From contig NC_042998.1 in assembly GCF_006345805.1 (NCBI RefSeq), positions 178,250,001 to 178,314,000 of the forward strand: 64,000 bases of DNA. Reading direction: 5' to 3'. Positions within the stretch are counted from its first letter, which is position 1. The number at the start of each line of letters is the position of its first letter. Source of the stretch: Octopus sinensis (lineage: Eukaryota). Positions 49,621 through 63,990 of the stretch are shown here, piece after piece. The notes beneath the pieces were generated by a model. That model saw only the letters and a list, made by a program, of their open reading frames with translations, was not told the DNA's origin and made no database searches. The translations under genes were made by a program, and so were the position numbers.

Positions 49621-50245
49621 ATCCATGGATAGAATTTATAAATATTTTAATGCATCGCTACGCGGGTTTCCACAAATAACATGTTACTTACTATCATAGT
49701 CCGTATTCTTAGGTTGATTACAGTACAGTCCGCAGTATCCATGGACATCGGGTGAATCATATGTATGCGTTCATTTCATTAGGCGATATGACATTAGCGT
49801 TGGAAGCAACGGGTGTATAATTGAGGGTTGTTTATCAATTTTGACCAATGAAAGCTTGAGTGGGTTATGTGGGCGGTTCTATGTGTATCTGATAGAGTAG
49901 ACGGTAGTGGAAAGAGGGAAAGGAAGGATTATTATAATCACCGTTTCTTTTTCATCTTCTATTCCTCCCTACCAAATACACACAGAGCTACTCACATATC
50001 CCATTCAACGTTTTCGTTGGTCAAAATTGATAAACTACCCTCAGTTATACATCCGCTGCTCCCAGCGTTAATGCCATATCGTTTGAGCAAATGAACGAAC
50101 GAATATGATTCACCCGGTGCCCATAGGTACCTGTGGACTCCGCTGTAATCATTTCAGGAATACGTGTTATGATCGTAAGAAGCATGTGATATGTGGAAAC
50201 GTGTTTAGTGATGCATTAGAATATTTATAAATTCCATCCATGGAT
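49621..50245. mobile_element. Near-palindromic foldback element of about 625 bp (arms about 265 bp)
   Basis: 49621-49886 and 49980-50245 are reverse complements along their whole length (ATCCATGGAT.GAATTTATAAATATT..., GATTACAG, GGGTGAATCATAT, TTTATCAATTTTGACCAA). Confidence 0.8.
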
Positions 50246-50266
50246 CACAACTATTATTATCTTTAC

Positions 50267-50389
<123 letters not shown>

Positions 50390-50636
50390 ATTGTGACGTA
50401 TATTTGCCATTTAAATATGGCTAACCCCTAAGGGTGGATGCTACTGTAGTCATTATAAAACGTATTCCGTTGTGAAAAAGGAGTGAACTACTAATTAACT
50501 ATGGAAACTAGCTGGAAGTTTAAATTTCACATATAGATATGTTTTGATGTCTGTAGGTTTGTATTTGTGTTCGTGATTCTCCTTGATTTCTAAGATATTC
50601 TTTATATGAAATAACATTTCTTTCCTTTCACTTTAG

Positions 50637-50720
50637 CAAACCGAATCAACCATGCGGATATCGATGTATTTATGGTCATGAACCAAATGAAGAAAAAGAG
50701 AAGACAGCACATACCCAAAG
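50637..50720 (+). CDS. Internal 84-nt exon of an unidentified plus-strand gene
   Basis: Acceptor CATTTCTTTCCTTTCACTTTAG|, donor AAG|GTAAAG, unique non-repetitive sequence. Two frames open: KPNQPCGYRCIYGHEPNEEKEKTAHTQ or NRINHADIDVFMVMNQMKKKRRQHIPK. Confidence 0.6.
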
Positions 50721-51013
50721 GTAAAGAAAAACATGAAATTATGGAGAAAGCGCGATTGTAAATTAATATTGATTAATATTGACCTCGTCTTCTTTAAGAC
50801 TTGGTAACATTGGCTGTGCTGCTCTGGGCTGGCTTCACCAAATTAATCCGTTGGTTGATTCCAATTATCAGTTGGAAAGTTTTCGTGTATATTTCACTAA
50901 TGCCTTTTGTAAAGGTCCTGAATCTCACTGATTCCTGTCTTGGCCATGTACATTGCTGACATGTCCATCTATTCCGATGCGACATCCATTTCATTCAAGA
51001 GGATTCCATGTTG

Positions 51014-51127
51014 GACAAAACCAGCTTGCTAATCGTGTTTCACGTTGCATGTTTCGACAAAACCAGCTTGCTAATCGTGTTTCACGTTGCATGTTTCGAC
51101 AAAACCAGCTTGCTAATTTGTGTTTCC
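51014..51127. repeat. Tandem 42-bp repeat, about 2.7 units
   Basis: GACAAAACCAGCTTGCTAATCGTGTTTCACGTTGCATGTTTC starts at 51014, 51056 and 51098 (partial). Confidence 0.95.
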
Positions 51128-52589
51128 CATTCTACCTGGAACCACTGGGATTATTATGCGATATTGCATTTGAGAAGAGCATAAGCGTCAGAAATTCATA
51201 TTTAGGTTCTCTATAAACCAGGCACATTACTTTTATTCAATAGACCATTATTAAAGCATAACCGGTTATGTTTTCCACAAGGAAGACTTGTCATTAATGC
51301 AGTTTAGAAAAGAAAAAGCATCACATCATCCCATTCATTAGATGTAGTGTATTATGCATGTCATTAGAAATTTCTCTTAAATTATTTTGCCCACTTTTCT
51401 CTTAAATTATTTTCTCTTAATTTATTTTCTCTTAAATTATTTAGGCCATTTAACCATTAAGTGATTCCAGCTTAAGTGTCAGCAGGTTTAGGTATATAGT
51501 CGATTGAAATGTTTTAAATAACTTTCTCGCATTCATTTTATCGATTTGAGATAAATGGAAAACAAATTTTGAACCTCACAGGATATGAACTTACAGCAAC
51601 AGAAGGTCGAAAATAAGCTTCAGTTTTAACTATTTCACTGCCCGGGTTTTCTCTAGTAATAATGATTTTATCGACCAAGGTACTAGGCTCTTTTTAAAGG
51701 TTAAAGATAACACCAGCTTTCTCGGTCGGTATATATCACTAACTACTACATATCTCCTGTAGTACAAACGTAAAACAGAAAATTGATGGTATTAAGCACC
51801 ACGCTGCTCCACATACGTATATACCCGCGTCTATAACATGTGCACAAATGCATTTACGTTTGTATATGATTTGTTATCGACTACACTGGAGTGAGGCACT
51901 CGGTGGCTCTAGTTCTCTGAGAGCCTCTGAGTCTTGTGAACTGAAATTAATTGAGTAGAATTGTTGAAAGTGTTAACTTTTGATGATTCAGCCACATTAA
52001 TCTTACCCAGTTAACCTCAGATAGAAAACATCAGTGATGCGGTTTGGGTGGAAATATTAGTGTGTTCAGGAAAATAAATGCAATAACCACCGAGAAATAA
52101 AGGAGGAAGTTTTTATTAGAATTAGTTCGATCTGGTGCTGAGTTTGTTCAAAGTAGAAACTATTGTAGTATTGAAAAAAATAACAGAACGTAGGATACAG
52201 TTTGTCAGTGTGAAAGTGGTTGGAGATGGTTAGTGACTGAAAGATTTTCTCGGCTATGATCTAGAACGTGAGCGTGCCTTGGGTTGTTCCCTTATACGTT
52301 AATCAGGATACAAAAGGCAGTGCCCATTGACTATTCAGACCGTCTCTGATTGGTGAGACCGGTGCGGTTGGTATTCGGTTTGAACATCCGTAAGCCAATG
52401 CTTTCAGAATAGGTGAGAATGAAAACTCAGTTGCAACTCGAGATGGAAACAACTTGACAAAGATAGAAAGAGAAGATGGACAAAGATAGAAAGACAAAGA
52501 CGGCAGTATCAAGTTGCTCTGAGTGTAGATACCATATATATATATAGTATCTACACTGCCATCTTTCTCCTGTTCTTCACTCCTGCTCC

Positions 52590-52862
52590 AGAGCGTTGGC
52601 TGCGGGGTCATTCCGAAAAGCTCTATCTGCGACGATTTCATCTCAATCGAAGGAGAGGGGCTTTCTCCGTCCGGGTTGCGGATCCGTGGAATAAGCTGCC
52701 GGACGAGATGGTGAAGATGCCGATGACTTTGATGTGGTCAAAGTCTCCCTTGACCACAAGTGGCCTGAACTCTTTACCTGAACACCACCCTGTACATAAC
52801 TCCATGTCCCCCTACATGGCCTTGCTTTTTGCTTCTTGAGCCAAAGAATTAACTAACTAACT
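52590..52862 (+). mobile_element. 5'-truncated CR1-clade LINE with (TAAC)n tail
   Basis: RGHSEKLYLRRFHLNRRRGAFSVRVADPWNKLPDEMV...LDHKW, ending AATTAACTAACTAACT. Confidence 0.8.
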
Positions 52863-53196
52863 ATATTCAAATCACCGTTGGCTCCATTGTCCTACTACGT
52901 CTTAATTACGGCTTGACATCGCAAGGTCCTGCGAACCATACACAGACCTACTTCATGCTTCTTTTAAACAATTACTTAACATATTATCTTAATAGTAACC
53001 ATAGTCCACGAAAATACAAAAATGCATCATGGGAACATTACTTTTTTTATTTCGTGTTATTCCGTATTATTCCCACCCTTTAATCACTCACACCGCACTG
53101 CTATTCCTACCCACATCTAACTGTAAGTTAATTTAACCTAGTACATTCATATTAAATAATAATAGTATTAATAATACTTACGCTTTAAATTTAGGG

Positions 53197-54520
53197 TTAG
53201 GCGTTATTAATTAGGCATTTCAGTCTATGTTTACATTTAATTTTTCTTTCCTTCTGAGCATTCAGAAGCCCCGTTTTAACCCATAATATCTCCATGAATT
53301 CATGGGTACATAACAGACATGACCTATTTCCAATTCTATACGATTTCGCTTTACATATTATATCCCACTTTAATTCATAATTGATTTTTTTCGACATTCA
53401 ACTCCAAACGTATTTACTTAGTCCTGTCGAATTCCTAAGTTTCTTATTTTTACATGAATTCAAGTGCTGTGCTATTCGTTGTTTAATTTTATTCGATGTC
53501 GACCATATATACGTTCTATCTGGATAATTTTCAATATCCGTATTATTTATTCCACTATTTTCATTTCCATCTACTTTTACAGAAACCACACATTTATATA
53601 CTACATCACTAGCATTACATCTTCCATTAAATTTAAAGTGATTTTTATCTCTACAGTTACAACTATTACCGTCTCCAGCACTCCTATTCAGATGCTTATT
53701 TAATTTGTCATAGTAATATGTATTCAACCTATACTTATTTATTGATGAAATAATATTCCCTAGATTCCTTATTGTTATTTATATTTTTAAACCATTGTAA
53801 AGTTTCTATTGTACTGCCCCATAGCTTTAGGTTACCTGAATTATTTAATTTGATTATATACTTATATAATATTAATTTACTTAATTTCCCTAGGTCCAAC
53901 TTACATGGGCATATTAATCGGACTTTAGGGTCTGCATAGAAATTATCATTATGGTCTTTTAGCGTTATCCTTGGGTGTAATGGCACATAGGGCTCTTTTT
54001 TTTATCTAGTTCATAATTCGTCAGAACTTCTTTATAACACTTATTTATTTTTCTTTAAAGTATTATTTTGGACTATTTTATATTTTTTGTTGATTTCTTT
54101 CTCTAGTAAACTATCATGTTTCTATATCTAATTTATGTAAGTTTCTGGTTTGTTCGATTGCACAAAGATTCCTTCAGTATTTCTCAGTTCTTTTATCTTG
54201 ATAGCTAAGTTTTTAAAATGATTATTATGCCTGTTCGGATATTTATAAAATTCTACATTTTTTACTATCCCCCAAAGTTTGTGTTCCAAGTTTTGTATTT
54301 CTTTATTGTACGGCGGTTCTTTCCTAGATTTAAATTTATTCTTAATAAATTTATTATTGTCTGTATTATTAATGTCTATAGTATTTTCATTATTATAGTA
54401 GTGTGCTTTCCATTTAAGTCTTTTTATGAAATTCTTTATATTATTAATTAATTTAATTTTGAATTCTTTTTTTTTTTTTTTGGTGGGATAGTTATGTCTT
54501 TCAGTGAGGAATTCCACTCC
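53197..54520 (-). mobile_element. Penelope-like element (Naiad-type), internally deleted
   Basis: N-terminus NYP..KKEFKIKLINNIKNFIKRLKWKAHY; RT start ITLKDH.DNF..PKVRLICPCK..LGKLSK...W.ST..WFKNI; GIY-YIG region CNCR...GRC...VVYKC...YIWST...KQR..H...STGLSKYVW...WDII.KAK.Y...CLLC...KCKHR. The RT catalytic core is absent. Confidence 0.85.
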
Positions 54521-55376
54521 AGGGGTACTATCTTATCTGTATATGCCATACTTATTTGTTTAAAATTAAAATATAGTTTATAGTATCAAACTATGAGAAA
54601 GTGATATAGAGACCTGATGATTGGGGGTATTTTGTAAGGATGGTTCCAGCAAAACACGACGTGGTTAAGGAACCGGGAAATGTACCTCAAGAAATACGTG
54701 TAGCAAAGTTATAAAGTATTAAGTATTTAAATTGGAATTCTTTTATATGGTGAGATGAAGGGGCCTACTATCTCTAAATGAAAATATATATTTCCTCATT
54801 GAGAATAATTTGAACCCCTGTTATGCCGGAATTTTTATTCCCTAACAATTAATTAATATCAATTTAAAACCAGTAGCCCAGCATATAAAAAATCTGAAAA
54901 AAATCAGAAAAAAGTTCAATACATGTGTATATTTAGGGCTAAACCACTTGGTGGATAACCATACGCTAGAAGAAGATCACATGCAATCTAACTACAAAGA
55001 AAGAATGTTCTCCAGAGAAAATTCAGCGAACACCAGAACATAGGCGGGCAAGACAGATAAAAATTATATAAAAATCAAGAATTAATCGTATACCGGTTTC
55101 GTCTATTACCGAATAAATTACATACGTAATCATTCGTCCGCAGACGATTCAATTTATGTATGTATGTACGTACGTACGTATGTATGTATGTATGTATGTA
55201 TGTATGTATGTATGTATGTATGTATGTATGCATGTATGTATGCATTATAACCGTTAGAACCTCGCATGTGATATCGTGCAGTATTCGTTCCAATCTTCTG
55301 CGCTCTAAGTTCAAATTCCGCCGAGATTAGTTTCGTTTTTGAGGTCGACTAAAATAACAGCGCAATACTAGAATCG

Positions 55377-55449
<73 letters not shown>

Positions 55450-55499
55450 CCCTTCTCTAGAAGAAATCAACTGAGGTCTGACCGGTGAGAAATGAGACG

Positions 55500-55760
<261 letters not shown>

Positions 55761-56665
55761 TCGGTAGGTAACACATGAATCCGTAAAAGAAGCATACTCT
55801 AAGTTATAGTGCAATATATTATATAAAGAGTTGGATATGGCCAGTTTATGGAATTACTCAGGGTTTCACGTCCATAAAGCGCTTGCTTAGCTTTACGGCG
55901 TATCATCAGATCTCAAACCTGTAGGTTTACGGCTTCTGACCTCGCTACTCAATGTCAACAACAGTGGATTGTCTGTGTAGTTTACTTGAACCAAATTACA
56001 CGAACAAAATCAACCTGTGGCTCTCACAAAGGATACCTTCCCAAGTTGATGGACAACGGGATTGAACTCGATCTGCAGCGTCCAGGGCCTCGTGTTGAAC
56101 TGTTAAGTTGAGAGTAAAATATGTCTGGCAGAAATGGAGCAGAAGCCAGTCTTATATTTCTGAAAAATTGCCAGAACAAATCTAATGAGAATAAGTATGT
56201 AACTTTTGTGAGTTTCACTAATTCAGGAGATTCCGAAATGTTATCAAGTTCCCATTGCTTTAGAGCACATGCGTGTTCTCTACTTCTGTGTATATGATTA
56301 CATATGTACATGCATTTACGTGTATGTGTGCACTTGTAAAGACTATCGATTGCTTTGTTACGTCTTTGCTTTTTAGGTAGAACCAAAATGTATGTATTAA
56401 AGGAGAATAGCTAGAGATGGATTAGTTTCAAATTGTGCGAAATAAAAGTTTTTAGTTTCTCGACCATATTGCTTTTAATCATCTTTAATTTCTTTAGTAC
56501 ATATGTTCTCCAGACATCATTATGCACCTACTCATAGTTATGTAAGTCATTATTCAGTTTTATTTCAAGATTTCTTGCCAATAGAGAAAGAACCGGTTTC
56601 TAAGATCCAAGGCACCTTCATTGGAATTTCAACATCTGCAGGGTATTTTTGCATTTATGTATGTA

Positions 56666-57948
56666 GTGGGTCATCTCATAAATAATGCGGTTTTTTTATG
56701 CTTCTTTTATTTTTCAAAATTAAGATAAACAAAGTTCTTTTTTAATCTAAAATATACTCTCCTTCATTTTCTACAATGTTCTTCCAGCTATCTGGTAGAC
56801 TTGCAAGGCCCCTCTTCTAAAATTCACTTGTCTTTGACGAAAAATTACTCCTCCAGTAATGTTCTGACTTCGTCTACAGAATTTATATTTTTTCCGTCAA
56901 AATGATTTTGAAGACTGCGGAATAAGTGATAATCAGATACGGCATGTCTGGCAAATATGGTGGATGGGGCATCGTTTCCTATTCAAACTGCTCCAGCCTT
57001 TGGAATGTCGTCCTTGCTGTATATATAGCCGAGCATTATCTTAGAAGATCACCTTTCATCTTGAAACCAAAACTGGTCGTTTTTCTTCTAGCGCTGACTT
57101 AAGCCGCTCAAGCTGCTCGCAGTAGATCTCCTTTGTTATCGTTTGGTTTGGGTTTAAAAGTTTGAAGTGGACTAAACCTTTCATATCCCACCAAACAGAT
57201 AACACCTTACATAAATGAAGACCTTCTTTAGCCTGGGATGCCGGTGTTTCTTTTTTCTTTACCCACTGTCTTCAACGCTTGACATTTTTTATAGAGAACC
57301 CACTTTTTGTCACCGGTCACTATTCGATCCCAAAAAGGTTTATTCGTGAAACGTGACAGCGAAGAAAAGCACACATTCACTCTCTGTGCGCGATTAGACT
57401 CGGAAAGTTTGTGAGGAACCCATTGACCCAATTTGCTGACTTTTCCGTTGGCACGCAGGTAGGTGTCGATGAATGGTTGAATGACCAAATCCAAGCTTCT
57501 CTGTTAGTTCCTCAGCAGTTACGATGGGATCTGGTTCCACCAGGGTTTGCAGGACGTCCTCGTCGAGCTCTACAGATCTTCCAAGATGGGGCTCATCTTC
57601 TAGGCAGTAGTCTCCGACTCGGAATTTCTGGAACCACCATGGACACTTGCTTATGCCCGATCCCCATAAGCTGCATTAATATTCCTTGTACTTTCCGCTG
57701 TGTTATTGCCTTTATTGAACTCATAAAGCAAAATATGCCGAACATGCTCCTTTGTCACTTCTGTTATAGCTCTGGAAAAATAACTGTTAAAGTCGAACTG
57801 CACTCTTCAAAACTTTGCGCTAAGAATAAGGACAAGGTAAAATTAGTACCTGCTTTTATAGTAAGTTGATGCAAGTAGTTTATCCCGCTCCCCTCCGACT
57901 TTTAGCTCATGCAATTGAGAAAAGCGCATTATTTATGAGATGACACAA
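56666..57948 (-). mobile_element. mariner (DD34D) transposon, 1283 bp, TIRs intact, transposase defective
   Basis: TA|GTGGGTCATCTCATAAATAATGCG ... CGCATTATTTATGAGATGACACAA|TA. Minus-strand EHVRHILLYEF...WFQKFR.GD..LEDE..GR...LGQWVPH...RIVTGDKKW...WKNIVENEGEYILD. Confidence 0.92.
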
Positions 57949-58339
57949 TACATGTGCAGTATTTGGAGTCATTGCATGTGCAGATTTGTTTGCTTTGGTT
58001 TATGTATATATTCTCATGCATATATTTGCATGTTGAGACATGCGCTTATATACTTAAATGATAAATTCTGGAAAGTTTTACGGATTTTTATAGCTCCAGT
58101 GATGGGTTGGATCTGTAGTCTTCGAATCAGCTTTCTCATTTTTGGTTTTGAGAAGCCTAGTTTCTCAAGATAGGTACTTAGGCAACGTGTTACATATCCT
58201 AATGTCCCAATGTATGTATGTATGTGTGTATGTATATATGCGTGTGTATGTATATATGCATGTAGATGTGTGTAAGTATGTATATCTGTATGTACTTTCC
58301 TCGCTACCTATCTACCTGTCTAATCTGTCTGTCTAGTCT

Positions 58340-58967
58340 ATCGTCAATATCGTCACGCCTCCTTCCTTCAAACGGGAAGGAAGAACTATTTTCATCATAC
58401 TTGTAGCTATGGCGAAAGAATGTATCTGGTGGACGCGTCTGAAAGGATTGGAGACAAACACTTTCCTCTCTGGTCAATCTCTCATCAATTTCTTCAAGTA
58501 TCACTTGAAAAGGAAAGTGAGAATAGAGAGGCAAGTCTTGTCTGGCGAATATTTCAAAAAAAGATGGGTGAATGTAGCAAGGATGGCACGTATGAATGAC
58601 GAAGCCACCTTGAGCATAAGCCTATGAACCCGGAAAAATTTAAAACAGAGTCTTACTTACTTGCAAATAAATGTGTTAACATGTGACATTAATGACCGAG
58701 GTTACCGTGGTCTTTTCCGTAGGCTTTTCTTTCCATGGATAAACCTTATCTGCTTCCCCCTTTACACTTTACATCATGACATTTCTGTGATACACAGTCC
58801 CTATTGATCGTTTTTTTCTTTTCTTTTTTTCTTTTTTTTTCCTTTTTTCTTTTTTTTTCCTTTTTACGATCCCTTTTGATCGAAAACCTACCCCACTTTT
58901 TTTTCTCCCCAAAAAGAAAAGCTCTACTTTGTAAGTGTCCAGCCCTGTGTAGCTAACAAAGAAACAT
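58340..58967 (+). mobile_element. 5'-truncated Tx1/L1-like LINE in a degenerate (TATC)/(TGTC) tract
   Basis: PPSFKREGRTIFIILVAMAKECIWWTRLKGLET...FFKYHLKRKVRIER...KRW, homologous to 36041-36311. T-rich 3' UTR ending CTAACAAAGAAACA. Confidence 0.78.
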
Positions 58968-59597
58968 ATTTACCGATTTATCTGTTTATCTACCTGTATA
59001 TTTATCTATCCACCTATCTCTCTCTCTCTCCCTTTCTCTCTCTCTCTCTCTCTCTACCAATTCATTGACCATTCTACCTACCTACCTATCTGTCTGTCTG
59101 TAAATTGATCGACCGATCGATATATTTGTAGCATCCAAAGTGTTATACAGTTGAAAGAGGTTAACTGATAGATGATCATTCTAAATACAGCTATGACTGT
59201 TTTGATTCACTTTGCAAAGTTAATGGCATATAAATGTGAAAGATCTGAACTCTTTGCGAAGTTCAGCAAATTTTGATATTTTGCGACTTTATTGTGGCGA
59301 ATGTATTTGATCTGGAATATTTTAGTTCAAACTTTATTTTACTCCGGTTAGCTGAGTTTGTTACTAAGTCAACCAGTTCACAGAAACTGAATGTGTCCCC
59401 ATAATATACATATATAATAATTTCCTGATTTGTAATAGTCATAAACTATGTGACGAATAGTGTAACTAAAAAGAGAGTGGTAAACTCCAGGCTCAAAACC
59501 TGTCTTTGAACACTGCTTTACATTGAGCTTAATCTCAGTCTGTCGTTCGCAAGAGAGAAATAGTGAGAGAGGGGGAGAGGGAGAGAGAGAGAAAGAG

Positions 59598-59667
<70 letters not shown>

Positions 59668-59944
59668 CAGACAATGAAAATCAGGAATATAGCGATTGTG
59701 TTATAGAACGGGTAAGTAAAAAAAGTGTTGATAATTGTACGAATAAGCATTTTGAACTTTGAGGCGGTAGCAAAAGCACGACATAGGTTCTGTTACCGAA
59801 GACATGGTTTCAATTTCTAAATCAGATCATTTTATTTACTACACTAAATGATTTCCATTTTTTTTTTCTTCCATGATCTGAGGCCAGTGGAAGACGCGAT
59901 CGTGCATTTAATTCTCGTGATCACTTTCGTTATTGCAAAACATT

Positions 59945-59955
59945 ATCATCTTCAC

Positions 59956-59999
<44 letters not shown>

Positions 60000-60043
60000 C
60001 CATCATCTTCATCTTCATCATCATCATCATCATCATCATCATC

Positions 60044-60079
<36 letters not shown>

Positions 60080-60130
60080 TTCATCATCAACATCATCATC
60101 ATCATCATCATCAACATCATCATCATTACT
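59945..60130. repeat. (CAT)n microsatellite
   Basis: Direct reading. Produces spurious poly-H/M/I ORFs. Confidence 0.97.
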
Positions 60131-60667
60131 ATCAACGACATGAACAATAATTCAAATTTCTCCATGTTTCTATTAGGCTTGAACAGACAAAACCAGGTCA
60201 GCAACTACTGTGTAATAACTGTAAAGGAAAACTAAATATGCAGTAAGTGCACCATTCTGTCAAACACATTTCACACGATTCTCAGAACAAACAGTAAACG
60301 ACGGGGGATACGCCATGTTGTCGGTAAACGGCCTCACTGGACCGGCGTTAGTCGGACCCAACAGCAAAGCTTTTATTTGCTTAGTTGACATCATAGAAAT
60401 AGCATTTAATCTACCTTAAAGCACAGAGCAGTGTTTCTCTTTAAAAAAAAAAGGAACGGTCATACTTGATATTGTATATTTAGTTTTATTATATCTGAAA
60501 TTAAGAGGGAGTGGTCATAGCTGGAATGCTTTATATCATTGATTTGCTCTCTATCAGGACTGATTTGGCGCTAAACTATAAATAACTCTTCTCTAACAAC
60601 ATTCATAGAACGTGAGACAGAGTAAAGTAGAGCTGTAGAGAGGTGAGAGGGGGGGGGGTAAAAAGAA

Positions 60668-60990
60668 GGCGCATGGCTCAGTGGTTAGAGCATCGGGCTA
60701 ACAATCATAGGGTAATGATTTCGATTCCCGGACCGGGCGGTGTGTTGTGTTCTTCAGCAAGAAACTTTATTTCACGTTGCACCAGCTCGGCTATAGAAAT
60801 GGGTTGTGACGTCACTGATGTCAAGTTGTATTGGCCTTTGATTTTCCCTCAGATAACATCGGTGGCGTGGAGAGGGGAGGCCGGTATGCATAGGTGAATG
60901 ATCCTCTTCTATAAATGACCTCGCCCGGACTTGTGCTTTGGAGGCGAACTTTCTTGGTGCAAATCCATGGTCATTCATAACCGAGGTGGT
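60668..60990 (+). mobile_element. tRNA-derived SINE
   Basis: GGCGCATGGCTCAGTGGTTAGAGC A box, GATTTCGATTCCC B box, CORE-like TTGTGTTCTTCAGCAAGAAACTTTATTTCACG. Confidence 0.8.
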
Positions 60991-61276
60991 GGGGTCTTAG
61001 ACAATATTCTTTTATTCTTTTATTTGAGCACCACCTTGAAGGATTTTAGTCGAAGAAATCTACTCCAGGACATTTTTTTAAGCTTAGTGTTTATTCAATA
61101 GGGTCTTTTGCCGAACCGCTAAGTTACGGGGACATAAACACACCAACACAAGTTGTCAAGTGATAGTGGGGCGACAAACACAGATACAAAGACACACACA
61201 CACACACACACCACACACACACACACACACACACCACACACACACACACACGCACACACACACGCACACACACACC

Positions 61277-61343
<67 letters not shown>

Positions 61344-61361
61344 ATATATATATATTATGTG

Positions 61362-62559
<1,198 letters not shown>

Positions 62560-62560
62560 G

Positions 62561-62611
<51 letters not shown>

Positions 62612-62651
62612 GATAAATCTCAGAGCGAGTTATAAACAGTAGCAGCAACAC

Positions 62652-62937
<286 letters not shown>

Positions 62938-63159
62938 TCAAACATGGCTAAACAACAACAACTCCTAGACAATGAAAAATAAAGTCGACATTATCAGGAT
63001 TCGAACTCAGAACGTAAAGGGGCATAACTAAATACTGTAATGCATTTTGTATTCGATATACATACATATGCATGCTAATAATATTTGATGTATCATTCAT
63101 AATAATATCTCTTCTCTTTCAATTTCTGTTATTACCTGCTCTCATTTCTGTACTTCCAG

Positions 63160-63241
63160 GAAACGAGGTGATCGGTCTTACGGGATGCAATTTTCACCAT
63201 ATAAAGAAATATATTCGGCAAAACTCCCTAGAAGATTTACT
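63160..63241 (+). CDS. Internal 82-nt exon of the same unidentified plus-strand gene
   Basis: Long pyrimidine tract ...CTCATTTCTGTACTTCCAG| and donor ACT|GTAAGT. Splicing to 50637-50720 keeps either frame open (RKRGDRSYGMQFSPYKEIYSAKLPRRFT or GNEVIGLTGCNFHHIKKYIRQNSLEDL). Confidence 0.65.
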
Positions 63242-63457
63242 GTAAGTAATAATTTCATTATTCTTCTCCTCTGACCTAATTTGTCACATCTTCCAAGTTC
63301 GGGAGTTTACATAACCAAACCTGTGCAGAAGACCCACCACACATCAATTCGGTTTTTAGGCAACCTTCCTTCTGCTGCCGGTTAAAACTAAACGGAAAAA
63401 ACACTTTATTGGTCTCTTCCTAGTAATTACATCATGTACACAGTACCTACATGTAAA

Positions 63458-63990
63458 GGCGTGGCTGTGTAGTTAAGAAGCTCGCTTTGCAACTACGTAG
63501 TTTCGGGTTCAGTCCCATTGCGCGGCATCTTTTGCGAATGAATTTGGTAGATGGAAACTATAAGGAGGCCCGTAGTATATATATATATATACTTATAGGC
63601 GCAGGAGTGGCTGTGTGGAAAGTAGCTTGCTAACCAACCACATGGTTCCGGGTTCAGTCCCACTGCGTGGCATCTTGGGCAAGTGTCTTCTGCTATAGAC
63701 CCGGGGCGACCAATGCCTTGTGAGTGGATTTGGTAGATGGAAACGGAAAGAAGCCCGTCGTATATATGTATATATATGCGTGTGTGTGTGTGTCTGTGTT
63801 TGTCCCCCTAGCATTGCTTGACAACCGTTGCTGGTGTGTTTATGTTCCCGTCACTTAGCGGTTCGGCAAAAGAGACCGATAGAATAAGTGCTGGGCTTAC
63901 AAAGAATAAGTCCCGGGGTCGATTTGCTCGACTAAAGGCGGTGCTCCAGCATGGCCGCAGTCAAATGACTGAAACAAGTAAAAAGAGAGA
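63458..63990 (+). mobile_element. Truncated plus full-length CORE-type SINE in tandem
   Basis: Partial copy at 63458-63575. Full copy at 63598-63990 closely matches 12337-12753, including the tail stem-loop. Confidence 0.87.

Noticed and set aside
50158-50174. Apparent 17-nt microexon (TTTCAG|...|GTAAGA)
   Set aside because: Lies within the right arm of the 49621-50245 foldback; the signals are explained by repeat sequence.
50637-50720. ADIDVFMV as a Pol-beta/cGAS-like nucleotidyltransferase DxD motif
   Set aside because: It is in the frame disfavoured by third-position composition, no upstream GS motif exon was found, and an 8-residue resemblance is insufficient.
51014-51127. 42-bp direct repeats as a CRISPR-like array
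   Set aside because: Units are contiguous with no spacers, there are no cas genes, and the context is eukaryotic.
53398-53400. In-frame TGA in the Naiad endonuclease as selenocysteine
   Set aside because: It falls in KYVWS*MSKK, where the family pattern (WxLK) has Leu rather than Cys; best read as a nonsense mutation.
57411-57869. 152-aa plus-strand ORF
   Set aside because: Antisense shadow of the minus-strand mariner transposase.
59670-59717. Consensus plus-strand donor CGG|GTAAGT
   Set aside because: Preceded by a purine (GA)n tract rather than an acceptor, and the nearby ATG frame stops before the donor.
59848-60235. Poly-His/poly-Met/poly-Ile ORFs
   Set aside because: Pure (CAT)n microsatellite, open in several frames, with no splice or domain context.
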